Below are positions 26,612 to 39,774 of a stretch of DNA of 64,000 nucleotides, piece by piece. The position numbers were made by a program, and so were the translations under genes. The notes beneath the pieces were generated by a model, which was given only the letters and a program-made list of their open reading frames with translations, had not been told where the DNA came from and ran no database searches. Positions within the stretch are counted from its first letter, which is position 1. Every line of letters begins with the position of its first letter. Origin of the DNA: Eledone cirrhosa (Eukaryota); assembly GCA_964016885.1 (NCBI GenBank), contig OZ024743.1, positions 121,520,001 through 121,584,000 on the forward strand, in the 5' to 3' direction.

Positions 26612-26728
26612 CTCGTCTATGACTATGCGAAGAGTTTCATTTTTACCAAAAGGTGAAATCCCTTCTGGCTTCTCTCGATTTTGAACCTTAACTGAAACTT
26701 CTGAGTCTGTTACATTGATACTGCCAAC
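26612..26728 (-). CDS. iGluR exon 9 (ATD-S1 linker)
   Basis: VGSINVTDSEV..FGKNETLRIVIDE; ctatag and gtaggt sites; 117 nt, phase 0-0. Confidence 0.85.
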
Positions 26729-27052
26729 CTATAGAAAAAGAGAAAATTAATAATAGTGAGGGTTTTGCTGCTTTCTGAATTACCGTTTCTTCTGAACTAT
26801 TTATTGGTTCAGAACTCTGGTGTAGAGACTACAACGAGCTAAAGTCTAGAGCTAAAGATATAATGTTAATAGTAAGGTAATTCACGTAGCTGTAGCTGTG
26901 TTTAAAGTGATGCAGGATTATTTGCAAGTCGTCAAATAGAAAATGGATGATTCAATTTCAATTTTCAACATGGTAAATGTAACAAGACCATTGTTTGTTA
27001 TTTCGATTATCGTAATTAAAAACGTTACATAAATGAAGAACAAATTACTAAC

Positions 27053-27145
27053 CTCTTCTTTAGGAGTTTGGATTTTAATGATGTAATTGCTTCGTCTGTC
27101 ACTCTGAAGCTTGTAATAACCAAGGGCTCCTACATAAGGGACTTC
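27053..27145 (-). CDS. iGluR exon 8 (ATD end)
   Basis: EVPYVGALGYYKLQSDRRSNYIIKIQTPKEE (compare F.GLTG.I.F..G.R.NY); gaacag and gttagt sites; 93 nt. Confidence 0.8.
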
Positions 27146-27231
27146 CTGTTCAAGAATACAAGAGATTACCACTTCAGCTCACATTTTCTTGTAATATATA
27201 TTACTTGTAAATATCAGGTTTCCGTAAATAG

Positions 27232-27656
27232 CGGTTTCTTATATAGGCACAATGTCAGCAATTTGGGAGTAGAGGAAAGTCGATTAAATTGACCCCAGTG
27301 TGTGACTGGTACTTTATTTTACCGACCCCGTAAGGATGAAAGACAAAGTTAACCTCGGCGGGATTTGAACTCAGATCATAAAGGGTCGTAACTCTATGCG
27401 TCAAAGCATGGCGTCCGACCCTCTACCGATACTGCCAATCCACCGCCCAAGGTTTCAATAAATAATGGTTTCTTGTATAGGCACAAGGCCAGCAATTTTT
27501 TGGGGGAGAGGAAAATCGATTAAATCGACCCCAGTGCGTGACTAGTACTTTATTTTATCGACCCCGTAAGGATGAAAGGCAAAGTCAACCTCGGCCGGAA
27601 CTCAGGTCATAAAGGGCCGTAACTCTGTGCTTCAAAGCATGGCGTCCGACCCTCTA
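27232..27656 (-). mobile_element. Tandem dimer of the SINE
   Basis: Two copies with aggtttc.ataaata repeated before, between and after them. Confidence 0.85.
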
Positions 27657-27895
27657 AGGTTTCCATAAATAATGAGAGAAGATTACTTTGCATAATATTT
27701 CATTTCAACTAAACATTTACATCAATTTTGTCTGAAATAGTTTCATACTTTTTTCTTTTTCATTGTTTCTAGAAAAATACATTTAATCATTGAATTAACG
27801 TATTGACATAAATAACTACAAGAAAATATTTTTTATTTGTGAGAACTTATTGCAAGCCATATAGAATAAACTTATTTTAATAGACGCTAACTCAC

Positions 27896-28029
27896 CATTT
27901 CCTTAAACTTTTCAGGATCTGGGCTTGTCGACTGGCTGCATCCCCCACTGATGTTTATAAGAATGTTAACCAGATCCACAGTCACAGCTATATCTAATAT
28001 CGACTTTTCAGGGTGGTTTTCGATTATTT
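27896..28029 (-). CDS. iGluR exon 7 (ATD)
   Basis: IIENHPEKSILDIAVTVDLVNILINISGGCSQ..KEM; ttttag and gtgagt sites; 134 nt, phase 1-0. Confidence 0.8.
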
Positions 28030-28239
28030 CTAAAACATGACAATAAGTATATTTAAGAATGAAATTACACAAAATAAAATAATCAAATTTAGTCCGTTTA
28101 GTGTGTATGAAATGTAATTGTTATTGATGGCATATATGTATGTACATAGAGGAACATTGTCCACTTATACGTTATAGTTAACAATTCAAATATATGAAAT
28201 AAATCATTAACGTTAAGATCATAACATATGCTTTCTTAC

Positions 28240-28330
28240 CTTTTGGTATCATCGATTCATTGACAAGTTCTAATCCATAAATATTGGTCAAAGATTTATC
28301 AGAAATCGTACTTTCCAGGGCGCGAAAATT
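28240..28330 (-). CDS. iGluR exon 6 (ATD)
   Basis: NFRALESTISDKSLTNIYGLELVNESMIPK (compare NITGF.LV); tttcag and gtaaga sites; 91 nt, phase 0-1. Confidence 0.82.
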
Positions 28331-28509
28331 CTGAAATTAAGTGAAATATATTATATTAACGAGAAAACAATACCTTCTGAAATATATCATGATTATCAAG
28401 GAGATATATGATCAAAGCGTTCCAGCCATGGCCAGCCTAAGTATTCAACATTGCCCTCTAATTAATCGTTCTTGTCACTGAAATTAGACGTTTGGAGTAA
28501 TTAATAAAT

Positions 28510-29350
28510 TCATCTCACCAAGGCTGTTTACGTCATGTCTACAAGAGGCCATCAGTGGGAATACAGAGGAATTGATATCGATGGTGAGTGCCTCTGCCAT
28601 TTAGACTTCGCAGACGACATTATTTTAACAGCACACTCAACCAAGGATCTAGATACCACACTGGCAGACATCCATACAAGTCAACCAGTTGGACTGAACA
28701 TACACCTAGGAAAGACCAAGGTAATATTCAAAAAACATGCCACACCAACACCTGTCTCCATGAATGGCAAGATCGTTGAGGGAGTAGACAACTATGTTTA
28801 CTTAGGGAAGATGGTGACAAAGGATGGTGAACTTCTCCCGGAGATCAAGAGAAGAATCGCGCTTTGAAGGGCGGCCTTCGGAAAGGTATATAATATCATG
28901 AAGAGTCCCAAGGCCATCATGAGAATAAATCGGAAAATCTTCAACGAGTATATCTTGCCTGCGGTGAGGTATGGCAGTGGGACCTGGGTGCTGAATAACA
29001 CCATAAACATACTCAGTGTCACCCAGCGAAAGATGGAGCACATCATGTTGAGTATCACACTGCGTGACAAGAAGTAAGAAGTAGAATAACAAACAAGAGT
29101 CATCGACATAGTAACAACCATCAAGACAAACAAACACGGATAGACTGGCCACATCTTGTGACTCAGTGACAACAGATGGACAATGAGAGTGATAGAGTGG
29201 ACAAGAAAATGGACAAGATCAAAAGGACAAGATGGCTAGACGACTTCACTTGGCACCCTCATGGCCAAGACTGGCAAGGGACAGAAATCGGTGGAAGGAG
29301 TCCAGGGAAAGGTACCTCATCCGTGAATGATTTCAAGACCCTGGATCAAG
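28510..29350 (+). mobile_element. RTE-clade LINE, 5'-truncated and decayed
   Basis: GIDIDGECLCHLDFADDIIL..GLNIHLGKTKV..VDNYVYLG..EIKRRIAL, with stops and frameshifts. Confidence 0.88.
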
Positions 29351-29975
29351 GAAGTATCTTCACTTTTATCTTACACGTTATTTTACAACCGATGACCGAA
29401 AAATATTTATACAAACGATCTGAATACAAATATTGTTAGCTTAAGATATTTTGGATACCACTAAAATAAAATCACTTTCAAATGTGGTCATTCTATCAGT
29501 ATGTTTGAATATAACTACTTGAAGTAGCTCAACTCTGTCAAATCAATGAGTAGCTCACTGGTAAAACTGAATGATATATAGTTACATAATTAAAAAATCT
29601 GACATTCATCATGAGATAATTCTCAACGAACTATTAAAGGTTCATACCTTTATTCATATAACATCAGCAAGAACTTTAGTACAATGCGAAAACGAACACT
29701 TAAAATTATATTAGTAAGAAGGTGGGTTGCCTCTAGCAAATGTTATGTTTAATCCTATTCCATGGCCTCTGTAGTTCGGAGTTTCGCTTTGTAACTCTAT
29801 AGTTTTGACTTAGATTCTGTAACTGCACAGCTATTGAGAAATTTGATGAAACCGAAAAGATTCATATTAAGAATCGATATGAGAAAACCAAGTTTTAAAT
29901 AAATGCACATCGGAAGATGATAAACAAAAATCATGTACTAAAAGTGATTTTCTTCAAAATGCGTCAGTAACTTAC

Positions 29976-30029
29976 CAGATATGTTACAAACCAGTTGAGT
30001 TCTCCAAATAAAAGATGCATGTCTTTTGC
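29976..30029 (-). CDS. iGluR exon 5 (ATD)
   Basis: AKDMHLLFGELNWFVTYL; ttttag and gtaagt sites; 54 nt, phase 0-0. Confidence 0.8.
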
Positions 30030-31144
30030 CTAAAATGTTACAAAGATGGGATAAAAATAAGAATACATGTATGTATATGTAAATTTTCTGATAGCACAAG
30101 AAAAAGGGTAATTAATGTTTAATATCGAATTTCTCGAGTCAATGCTCAAGTTATAATATATAGATATATCTATATAGGAATTATAGACCTTGAGCAAGGT
30201 TTCTTTACCACTATTGTTTTTTCCATTTTAGTTTTTTTTTTTTCATTTTTGTAGAAACATCTGTTAGAAAATAAAAGGTTTTATTTTTTTTCATCTTGTC
30301 TATTCGTGTATTATATATAAGTGATTATTTCATCCTTACGGGGTCGATAAAATAAAATACGAGTCACGCATTGTGGTCGATTTAATCGACTTTCTCCATC
30401 ATTCCTTCATTCGCTAAAACCATCACCACCTTCATTCGCTAAAACCAAAGTTATTTACTAGTTTCAAAATCTTAACAACTTAAAGTACTTTTACACTGCA
30501 ATCATTTCGAATTCCAATGAACCGAATTTATGTACAATGTGTACACTGAGAATTTGGTTTGAAAACATTTCTTAATACTCACTTATATAAGAATCCATAT
30601 TGTTTACAGTACTTTATAGCTTATTTTTTATAAATGATGATGCGCATTTATAAATCATTTATAAATGATGTGAGACCCGATAAAATATTTTACTTGATGC
30701 ATCAGGTATGTACATTTTCACTGCATCATCACATTTGGGGGCTGGTGTTTAATTTAGAGACAAATCAATATATTTCTTTCACAATTTGATATAGCTTAAA
30801 GATATTGAGGAACGATGGAAATCCTGACGTTTCGTGTCAATTTTCGAACCACTTAAAAATATATGAAGCCAAATAAACTCTAACATTTTAGACCTATTCG
30901 AACTAACTAAATAGTTCTGTATTACAGCATTTTCAGTGTCCAGACAGTAAATTGCTTCTAAGTACAACGATATCTAGGTCTTTAACATTTATCATATTGG
31001 TCAGAAAATATCTGACAAACCTAGTGTGTTCGCCGACAGCAACAATATTAGTGTTGTTATCAAGTAAAGCAAAGACACCATGAGGTTTATGTATGTGTGA
31101 ATGGGTTTAAAAAGTGAAGAAAGATGAGTGACAACTTTGCCTAC

Positions 31145-31338
31145 CTTTTTCAACACTTTCTTGACAATATCCAAATTATTTGAATGCAACACAAAATTAG
31201 GCCATTCCGAACTCCTTAACGTACGAAGCGTTTCATAAAGCGGATCATGACCACTTCCCAGATGATGCATTTGGGGCAATAAAATTGGATTTACCAATAT
31301 ATTTGATTCTCGAAGCTTTAAAATTGGTGAAAAATCAT
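31145..31338 (-). CDS. iGluR exon 4 (ATD)
   Basis: DFSPILKLRESN..LYETLRTLRSSEWPNFVLHSNNLDIVKKVLKK; ttctag and gtaggc sites; 194 nt, phase 1-0. Confidence 0.85.
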
Positions 31339-31544
31339 CTAGAAAAAAAGGGAACTATCTTTTAATATTTGTTCAAATATCAAGGATATATATTAAATTA
31401 ATTAGAATGGAGAGAAAGAAACTGTAACAACAAAAGCAACAGGCAATGGGAAAGCATTCAAATAGGGCTTTATGCTTAAACATGCTTATACTTCTACAAT
31501 GCAAGACACAATAGAATATTTAATTTAAAAATTTGTTTAAATGG

Positions 31545-31817
31545 GGAGAGTCACTCCAAGTAGAGCCGCTACTTCTCAGCATTGAGAGATCACAGCTCCT
31601 TTACTGTGGGCATATAGTTAGAATGTCTCCGTAAAGAATCGCTGGGCAGATTTTACGGGCAAAAGCAACCGGCAGGAGACCCAGGGGTAAGATGGTTGGA
31701 TAACATCCATGAGCTTGGCTGGTCTTGCTTGGAGATCCAGTTGGATCAGTTGGAGATGGTTGCTTCTGACAGGACCCACTGGAAGGTATGTTTGAGGACT
31801 CTGCCCCCTCTACCCTC

Positions 31818-31848
<31 letters not shown>

Positions 31849-31893
31849 AAGAAGAAGAAGAAGAAGAAGAAGAAGAAGAAGAAGAAGAAGAAA
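31545..31893 (+). mobile_element. RTE-like LINE 3' fragment with (AAG)n tail
   Basis: VEPLLLSIERSQLLYCGHIVRM..GRRPRG..VASDRTHWK..LPPLPS, then (AAG)n. Confidence 0.8.
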
Positions 31894-31924
31894 TAATTGC
31901 GTATTAAATTATTTCCGCACTAAC

Positions 31925-32173
31925 CATCGGATAAAAAGACAACTTGTTTCCATTCAAGTTTATCCATCACTTTGGCGACAGCATTCGAAAAATCATCTAA
32001 GTCTGGCAGTAATGTCCGGATACGGGATTTATCTTCATCTTTGCCAACAGATGCTGATGATGTTGTTAAATAGTGACATGTTGGATCCTTAATAACGTAG
32101 TTTGGTGAAGTGAAATGGTCAATAAACGGACCAATAGCAACATCCACTAAGGTATGTGTAAAAAGTTCACGTG
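31925..32173 (-). CDS. iGluR exon 3 (ATD)
   Basis: RELFTHTLVDVAIGP..RTLLPDLDDFSNAVAKVMDKLEWKQVVFLSD (compare V.AIFGP and ..W..F..LYD); 249 nt, phase 1-1. Confidence 0.88.
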
Positions 32174-32421
32174 CTGTGGATTAAAATATTTAACCGGAAA
32201 TATATACATGATAGTGGAATACCATTACTATAATTATTTCGTAATATAACAAAAATATTGAAAACTCCACTAAAGACATTATATTCACAATGTAATATCT
32301 AATATTCTTTGAATTATTTATAATTCTATATCGCATAGAATGCTTCAATTAGAACCATTGTTCTTAGATAAATATGTTTTTAATATTATAAACATACAAT
32401 TTTCAAAACATAATACTTTAC

Positions 32422-32586
32422 CATGTGTAAGATTCTTTAGTACATTCGAAGCGTTGTATAAATCAAACTCCAAAGGAACAAAGTCTATAGTACAATTTTC
32501 GGAATCTTCTGTTGTGTTTCTGAGCAAAACTTCTGCAACATCTTCAAAAAAATCTATTTCCACGTTTCCTTTTTCACCAACTAAAG
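32422..32586 (-). CDS. iGluR exon 2 (ATD start)
   Basis: LVGEKGNVEIDFFEDVAEVLLRN..NASNVLKNLTH; ttctag and gtaaag sites; 165 nt, phase 1-1. Confidence 0.82.
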
Positions 32587-33168
32587 CTAGAAAATATAAA
32601 TATATGACATCATATAATGGTTATACATAAATATATACACACGCGCGAACAAACAAACACACTCACACAAACGCACACACACACATACACACACACCTGT
32701 CTACATATAACCAAAAGTCGATGTCACGACTTAAAGACAGAGAACACCACTATCAAACATCTTTGACCCGTTATTTTACGTTCAATCTTTTCATTGACCA
32801 CGCTCCAGTGTTTACAGAATAATTTAAACACTAAAATCACGTCAATAAACCCACCTCACCACCCCACACAAAAACACCTAGGCAATCACCGAATCACACG
32901 ATCATAGAGATACCCGCCATATCTACAACACATCACCCTGATATGCATTCAATTCCGTGACCACAACCAATCGCAAACCCACTCTAATGCAACAACCACC
33001 TGCTATATTGTCAAAAGAATATATCTCTAATATATATATATCTTGAAGCTCACAAAATATTCACTCGATCTCAAGAATAGAACCCCAAGATGAAATTCTC
33101 CATTATCAGAATATATATATGTATATATAAACAAAGTTTTCTAGAATCATGAGAAAAGCTCAATGCAA

Positions 33169-33264
33169 GAATAGCTGTTAAAACAGCAAAATGCCTCTCG
33201 GCACCAAGTCGCCGGCAGTTTTATGTAGTTCTGTCAAATTAAATCAAATTAAAGGATGCATGTT

Positions 33265-33349
<85 letters not shown>

Positions 33350-33704
33350 TCTCTCGCTCTCCCTCTCTCTCTCTCTCTCTGATCTTTCTGTCTATCTTAT
33401 TTGTTCATTTTATCATGCAAATATCATACCAGCAGAAATATTTACTTTTCTATTGCACGAGCTGGTAATTTTATGTGGTCTTCTCAAATTAAATCGCACG
33501 AAACCACAACCGGTCTGAGAGCCGAAGATGTTAAAAAATGTGTGTGTGATCTTGTTTCGTTCATTTTCTTCCTCTCCTCCTTTCTTCCTATCACTTCTGC
33601 GGGCCAACACACTTCTAGCCGCTGATTTCTGTCCCCTCAGGTAAATTGCACCCGACGCTGTCATTGACGGCATTTTGCTGTTTTGCTGTTTTAACAAGTT
33701 TTCT
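33169..33704. mobile_element. MITE-like element with terminal inverted repeats and internal (TC)n
   Basis: tgttaaaacagcaaaatgcc near 33177 versus ggcattttgctgttttgctgttttaaca near 33669. Confidence 0.55.
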
Positions 33705-33803
33705 GATTATTTAACAATTTTCTCATTATTCTATGAATATATGTATATAATAAAGGTTAAAGTAAAGTAATTAAACCAAAATAATTATCTCAAAATACTT
33801 CTT

Positions 33804-33896
33804 GGCTCCTACTGCAGTGTTTCGTCCTCTAAGACCAACCTAATATTCTAATAATTTAGCATATAAGGCTAGGAGAATCAGACACATCATGGAACC
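33804..33896 (-). ncRNA. Hammerhead relic (stems intact, core mutated)
   Basis: gguucc AUGAUGU guc..gac GAAAC acugca GUA/ ggagcc. Confidence 0.55.
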
Positions 33897-34028
33897 TTCT
33901 CTTACCTGGATATGTATATATATATATATATTTATAAAATGTGGAGAAGGAGCACACGAGTTAGAATATATATGCTGACAGCATGACTTGGCAAGCTATT
34001 TAGAACACTGGTTTAACCGCTTTACTTC

Positions 34029-34063
34029 CCTCCGAAGAAGAGATATTATCTCGAAAATTAAGG
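34029..34063 (+). ncRNA. Minimal hammerhead, U4C variant
   Basis: ccu CCGAAGA a-gagau auu aucuc GAAAA UUA/ agg. Confidence 0.55.
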
Positions 34064-34220
34064 ACATTTAAATAAATCTAAGGTAAATTACTAATTGTCA
34101 ACAATATCTTTTGCATTTGCATTCTTTGTTCTATGTTCATACCTGCATTGTTTTGGCTTTATTATACATATACAAACGTTTATACCTCATTACACAATGC
34201 TTCAAGTGAACTATAACCTC

Positions 34221-34256
<36 letters not shown>

Positions 34257-34260
<4 letters not shown>

Positions 34261-35444
34261 ATAGGGAGAAAAAGACGATTATTAGGAAGAAAAATATTTT
34301 TTTTCCTTTTATTTTTTCTCTTTTTTCTGGGTTAGAAAATGTTTAAAACAAAATATTTTACTTTGTGTGAAGTCTTAAGGTATTAGTTAATTCATCTATT
34401 AATTAACAATGGCATTTATTTTTTATTTGTTTATATATTTAATAATTGTCTCTTACCGATTTCAGCATTTTATGCATTATCAAACGGGGGAATTTGTATT
34501 GGTATAAAATGTTGGAGAGAAAATAATGTGATGTTGAGCATGTTAAGGAAATGGGAAAGAAAGAATAATATTATTTACAAACAAGGTTTTTGAAGTAAAA
34601 AGAAAAAAGAAAAAAAATGGAGTGATGTGGAACATGATAAGGTAATGGGAAAGAAAGAATAATATTATTTACAGAATAAGGAGAAGCAGTCCAAAATGTG
34701 TTATTATGGCAAGAGCGCTTGGTTGGTCCATAATGGAGGCAAATGGTCGTCTGGGGTTTGATATGATTTCCCTCTTTTAGAGAGTTAATGTGCAGGGGGA
34801 GGTAACTCAGGGCGGTCAGGTAGGGGAAGGAGAAATCAGAGGGGTTAATTCATTTATATAAGAAAAAGGATTAGGTAGGGTGTCAGGGAGGTAACTCTTT
34901 AGAGAATTGGGCTTAAAAAAGGGAAATCAAATCAAATCCCAGACTACCATTTGCCTCCATTATGGACCAACCAAGCGCTCTTGCCATAATAACACATTTT
35001 GAACTGCTTATCCTCAAGAACTATGCCTGTAAATAATATTATTCTTTCTTTCCCATTACCTTATCATGTTCCACATCACTCCCTTTTTTTCTTTTTTCTT
35101 TTTACTTCAAAAACCTTGTTTGTAAATAATATTATTCTTTCTTTCCCATTTCCTTAACATGTTCAACATCACATTATTTCTCTCCGACATTTTATACCAA
35201 TACAAATTCCCCCGTTTGATAATGCATAAAATGCTGAAACCGGTAATAGACAATTATTAAATATATAAATAAATAAATAAATAAATGCCATTGTTAATAA
35301 ATAAATAAATTAACTAATACCTTAAGACTTCACACAAAGTAAAATATTTTGTTTTAAACATTTTCTAACCCAGAAAAAAAGAGAGAAAAATAAAAGGAAA
35401 AAAATATTTTTTTCTTCCTAATAATCGTCTTTTTCTCCCTATTT

Positions 35445-35447
<3 letters not shown>
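34257..35447. repeat. 1.2-kb inverted repeat (about 500-bp arms) in (TA)n, one hammerhead-like motif per arm
   Basis: 34257-34762 mirrors 34932-35447 at high identity. Confidence 0.9.
35212..35249 (+). ncRNA. Minimal hammerhead-like motif, U3:A8 variant (mirror 34450-34487, minus)
   Basis: UUGAUAA u gcau aaa augc u GAAAC cg GUA; palindrome ACCGGU; stem I imperfect. Confidence 0.55.
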
Positions 35448-35482
<35 letters not shown>

Positions 35483-35684
35483 ATGTCATCTCTAATGGTT
35501 AACGAAGGTCAGGTTTTGTAATATGAAAACAGATAACAACACTCTGTATCCTTATGTATTTATCCAAAATTGATTTTAAACCCGGCTGCAAATGTACACT
35601 AGTGCTTGAGTGGGGCTGATAAACCGACAGTAGAGCCTGGACATAAACTTTTTATATATGTCTCTTGACATATTATTTTTCATT

Positions 35685-35875
35685 AGGGTGGTGAATTGGC
35701 AGTAACGGTAGAGGGTTGGATGCCATGCTTTCTAGCATAGTTACATCCCTTTACAGCCTGAGTTCAAATCCCGCCGATGTTAACTTTGCCTTTCATCCTT
35801 ACGGGGTCGATAAAATAAAGTACCAGTAATGTACTGGATAATTGCTGGCCTTGTGCCTAAAGTAGAAACAATTAA
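35685..35875 (+). mobile_element. tRNA-derived SINE, full length
   Basis: Same family as 4048. Confidence 0.88.
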
Positions 35876-37025
35876 TTAGAAGACAAGCGTTTGAAAATGT
35901 AATACGACCACAGACATTGCAGGTGAGATTTTTGTAGAACTTAAACTGCTTGGAGATTTTATGCAGCTTGTGTCACTATTTGATGGGCAATTCAGTTTTT
36001 CTCAAATTTGAGGGATTCCTCTTGGTTACAAACCACGATCCGCTATTATTCCTTGTAAAATGTTCCCAATTAGATGTACTAGTATTCAAGAACTTAAGGT
36101 TGTTTCTTGTTACGTCGTGAAATCTATGTTTAGTAAGGTTGTGCTATCGATGCTTCAAAAGACTAATTCACCGTAAGGTAATTGTTTCGGAAACTTGAAA
36201 TCATCAAGACAAGTGACATGTCCAAGATTATGCATGTCGTACTTGATAAGGTGAGTTTCCATTCGGAAATAAGCAACTCTTTCAAGCAGCACTTTTTGTC
36301 AGGTGGAAATAGCGTTGGATTTACCATTGTGCTTAGGTGTGCTTAAGCACAGGGACCTGTTGGCCAAGGGGCCTATCTTCCTGGCCGCCTGTGTAGGCCT
36401 ACCGGGTCTACCTCCTTCAGGGCCCAAGTAAGGGGCCTCATAACTTAACTAGTACAGGCCCTCATTTGTCCTAAATCCGGCACTGTGTGGAAAAAATTTC
36501 CAGCTTATTTTTTATATACACCTTATGTGTATCTAGTGAAATCTTCTGAGGATTTCAATGTTTCATCGATATTGCGTCAAATCCATCACTTCAGAATACT
36601 TTCCGTATCACTGATCGAAGTAGACTCATCTTTGGATCGGAAAAGAACACAAAGATTGATTGGTAGCGACTAAGTATCTGTTTTAACAAGCTTTCAGATT
36701 CCCTTTCCTGTATTGAATACCAATCTGTCCGGTACCCTACTTCAGATCTTTCAATGGCATTGAGCCAATTTAACTTTTTACCAATTCATTTCAGTGCCAT
36801 ACTAATCCATTGAATTTTTACATTATGCTGTATTTATGTTGCATTTTTGTGTTACCAATCCCGTTGTTCATTATATGTGTGCGTTTGTGGAAGCGTGTGT
36901 TTATGTGTGTTTGTGTTTGGTAATGAGAGAAAAAGTAATCAATGTAGATTGTAGAATTTATACATCTTATGCCTAAATATGCTTATGTATGTTTATTTAT
37001 AAATATGTTACAATCATATATAATA

Positions 37026-37319
37026 CAGTTCTCCCCCGTGAAAAGTGAAAAACCGTGAATATTGGACGTGTTCCATAAAAATGCCCATAAACGTCAAAAC
37101 ATAACGTAAAATATAGGTCGGTAAATACGGTATGTTATTATCATAATTTAGCGTTAAAAAGCGTGAAGAAATATATATTGTCACGAAAAAGGCCATAAAA
37201 TCATAGCGGAAGATATTTACGATTCCGCGAATATGCGGTGGTTTCCACGAACAATTATTAGTTAGGTTCAAAGGAAAATTCTGCGAATAACCGTGACCGT
37301 GAATGCGGGGGTTACACTG
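37026..37319. mobile_element. Tc1/mariner (pogo/Tigger-like) MITE
   Basis: TA/CAGTtctcccccg ... cgggggttacACTG imperfect TIRs. Confidence 0.55.
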
Positions 37320-38066
37320 TCTATTTAAAGATAAATTTGTCGTAAGCTTCAGAGACAGTTTAATACAATATTCTTGTTGTTGTTATCATATCACTTAAAC
37401 CAACAGAATAATATTGATGTGGGTTAGTCTGAATAAATTATATAAGTTTCTCAACAAACATAGCTGATACGATTATTCTGAATTTAATTATGTTTAGATT
37501 TAGTAATTCTTAGCTACTTTGCCTAAAAGAATGACTATAGATAGGTTTAAAACATTGCGATTGTTTTAATGGCTATGTATTAGGAAAGTGAAAACTATTA
37601 TCTTAACAAAAGATCGTTAACGATAATTGCCATAAAATATGTTAAATAACATTTCTGTGAAACTGAATGATATAAATATTTTCAAAAAAACTTCATTTTA
37701 TCAATACTTCTGCAGGTTATTGACATTTTGGGAGTATTCAGATGAAGCTAGACACTATTATTTCATTGTTTCAATTATTTCCTGTGAATTCTCTCTTGAG
37801 AGAACAATACAATAATAGATTTCAGAGGTATACGAGATTTTACAAACTCCCCTCTTAGCCGTTTTTCATTAGACTAATGAAAGTTAGATGAATGGAGGGG
37901 GACGACTAACAATGATTATGAACAAACACGAAACAATCTGAAAATTACTACAGACACGCCGATAAATATCGATGTATCGAACTAAGAATATTTGTATATG
38001 CAGGGGAGAGATTATACTTTCTATATGTATACATATGGGTGCGTATGTATTATGCGTGTGTAATTG

Positions 38067-38121
<55 letters not shown>

Positions 38122-38254
38122 ATGTGTGTGTGTGTCTGTGTTTATGCATATATATATGTGTGTGTATGTATGTGTGTATTATATATATGCATACTTATGT
38201 CTATATAATATATGAGTGTATATACAAATATGTATGTATATATTTGTATATATT

Positions 38255-38311
<57 letters not shown>

Positions 38312-38854
38312 ATATATATATATATATATACATAATATATATATATAAAGATGACTCATGTAGTGTTTCAAAAAATCGTCTCAGACAAATTCCTTGTGAA
38401 TGAAACAGAATTATTCCTGTAAGAGTCACTTTTCAATAAATGTATATATATATTCTCTGTATTAGATATATTTAGTACTTTACTTCAATCGTGTTTTTAT
38501 TTCATTATAGATAGAATCGTTAACAACTAACTAGCCTACACTTAGCTAACAATTTCTCGATACACCTTCGAGACTTACGGCTCGAAAATGACGCTCCTAT
38601 TTCACGCCATTTCCGCCCCCGTATCTTTTCTCGTCAAAGGTTCGCCACCAACATCGCATGCTCTTAAATCCAATCTCGTTTTTCATGAATACACCACTTA
38701 CCACGTCACACACCCACACAAATACATGCACGTAAATACATATCCACCTGTAATACTTGAGCAATATACATAACAAAAAATATACACACGCGCGCATACC
38801 GCCGACCCCCCCCCCCCCCCACACACACACACACTTACACACACACACACACTT

Positions 38855-38884
<30 letters not shown>

Positions 38885-38886
<2 letters not shown>

Positions 38887-39410
38887 CTTTCTTTATTTGC
38901 CATACCACAGGGGCGTACAAAAATGGGACATTACAAGACCTGACGGCGGGTTTTACATAAATTCTTTAACAATGATAAATAACAATAAACTATAAAAAAA
39001 TAAAACAATTGAAATCCCCATGGGGGGGGGGGGGGTAACGCTACTGCAGGGTTGTTTTACACCCCGTGGATAGAACAACCCTCAACACCAGGAACACGTT
39101 TTGTAGGTGTTCCCGTCTTCCCTCTGTTTATCTTCCTCAACCTATAGGTTTATATACAGAGAAGGCCCATTCACCCAGGCCATTTTCGCCACCTTCACCC
39201 ACCGTTCAGCGAATTTACTGGGATGTAGCACATCTCTCTCCACTCCCACCTTCCTTCTGAAGTGGTACTTAAAGAAGGGGATGAGTTGTTGTCCAGGGAG
39301 AAAGGTGCTTGTCCTCAGTCCTTTTAACCTCGTCCACCATATTACCGCTTTCGCCATAGCCACCAGACAGAGGAAGACCGCCTCTCCTTCGTTCTTTATT
39401 GAAGGCGGGG
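38885..39410 (-). mobile_element. 3' fragment of a second Tx1-like LINE family
   Basis: MAKAVIWWTRLKGLRTSTFL..FFKYH..ERWV is homologous to 3550-3765; tail cccctgtgg..aataaagaaag(AT)n. Confidence 0.88.
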
Positions 39411-39595
39411 TCCTGACTCTTTTCCTATATATATATATAGGAAAAGAGTCTTCCTATATATATATATAGGAAAAGAGTCAGGACCCCGACGACTGAGCTC
39501 CGACCGTTTCGACAGCTAGATCCCACTCTACTACCCTAAGTATCGAGTACTCTGGTGCGTTATGGTCCACCTGGTTCCTTACCACACTTCCTTTG

Positions 39596-39636
<41 letters not shown>

Positions 39637-39728
39637 AACGAGTAGGACCCCGACGGCTGAGCTCAAGCCGTTTCGACGGCTAATTCTGGACGTTATGGTC
39701 CATCTGGTTCCTTACCACATTTCCTTCG

Positions 39729-39730
<2 letters not shown>
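39407..39730. repeat. Cluster of short PLE terminal fragments with internal inversions, in (TA)n
   Basis: gaccccgacggc.gagctc..gccgtttcgac (hammerhead 3' half, minus) joined to the plus-strand tail ..ggttccttaccac; same family as 15938, 48688 and 54010. Confidence 0.8.
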
Positions 39731-39770
<40 letters not shown>

Positions 39771-39774
<4 letters not shown>

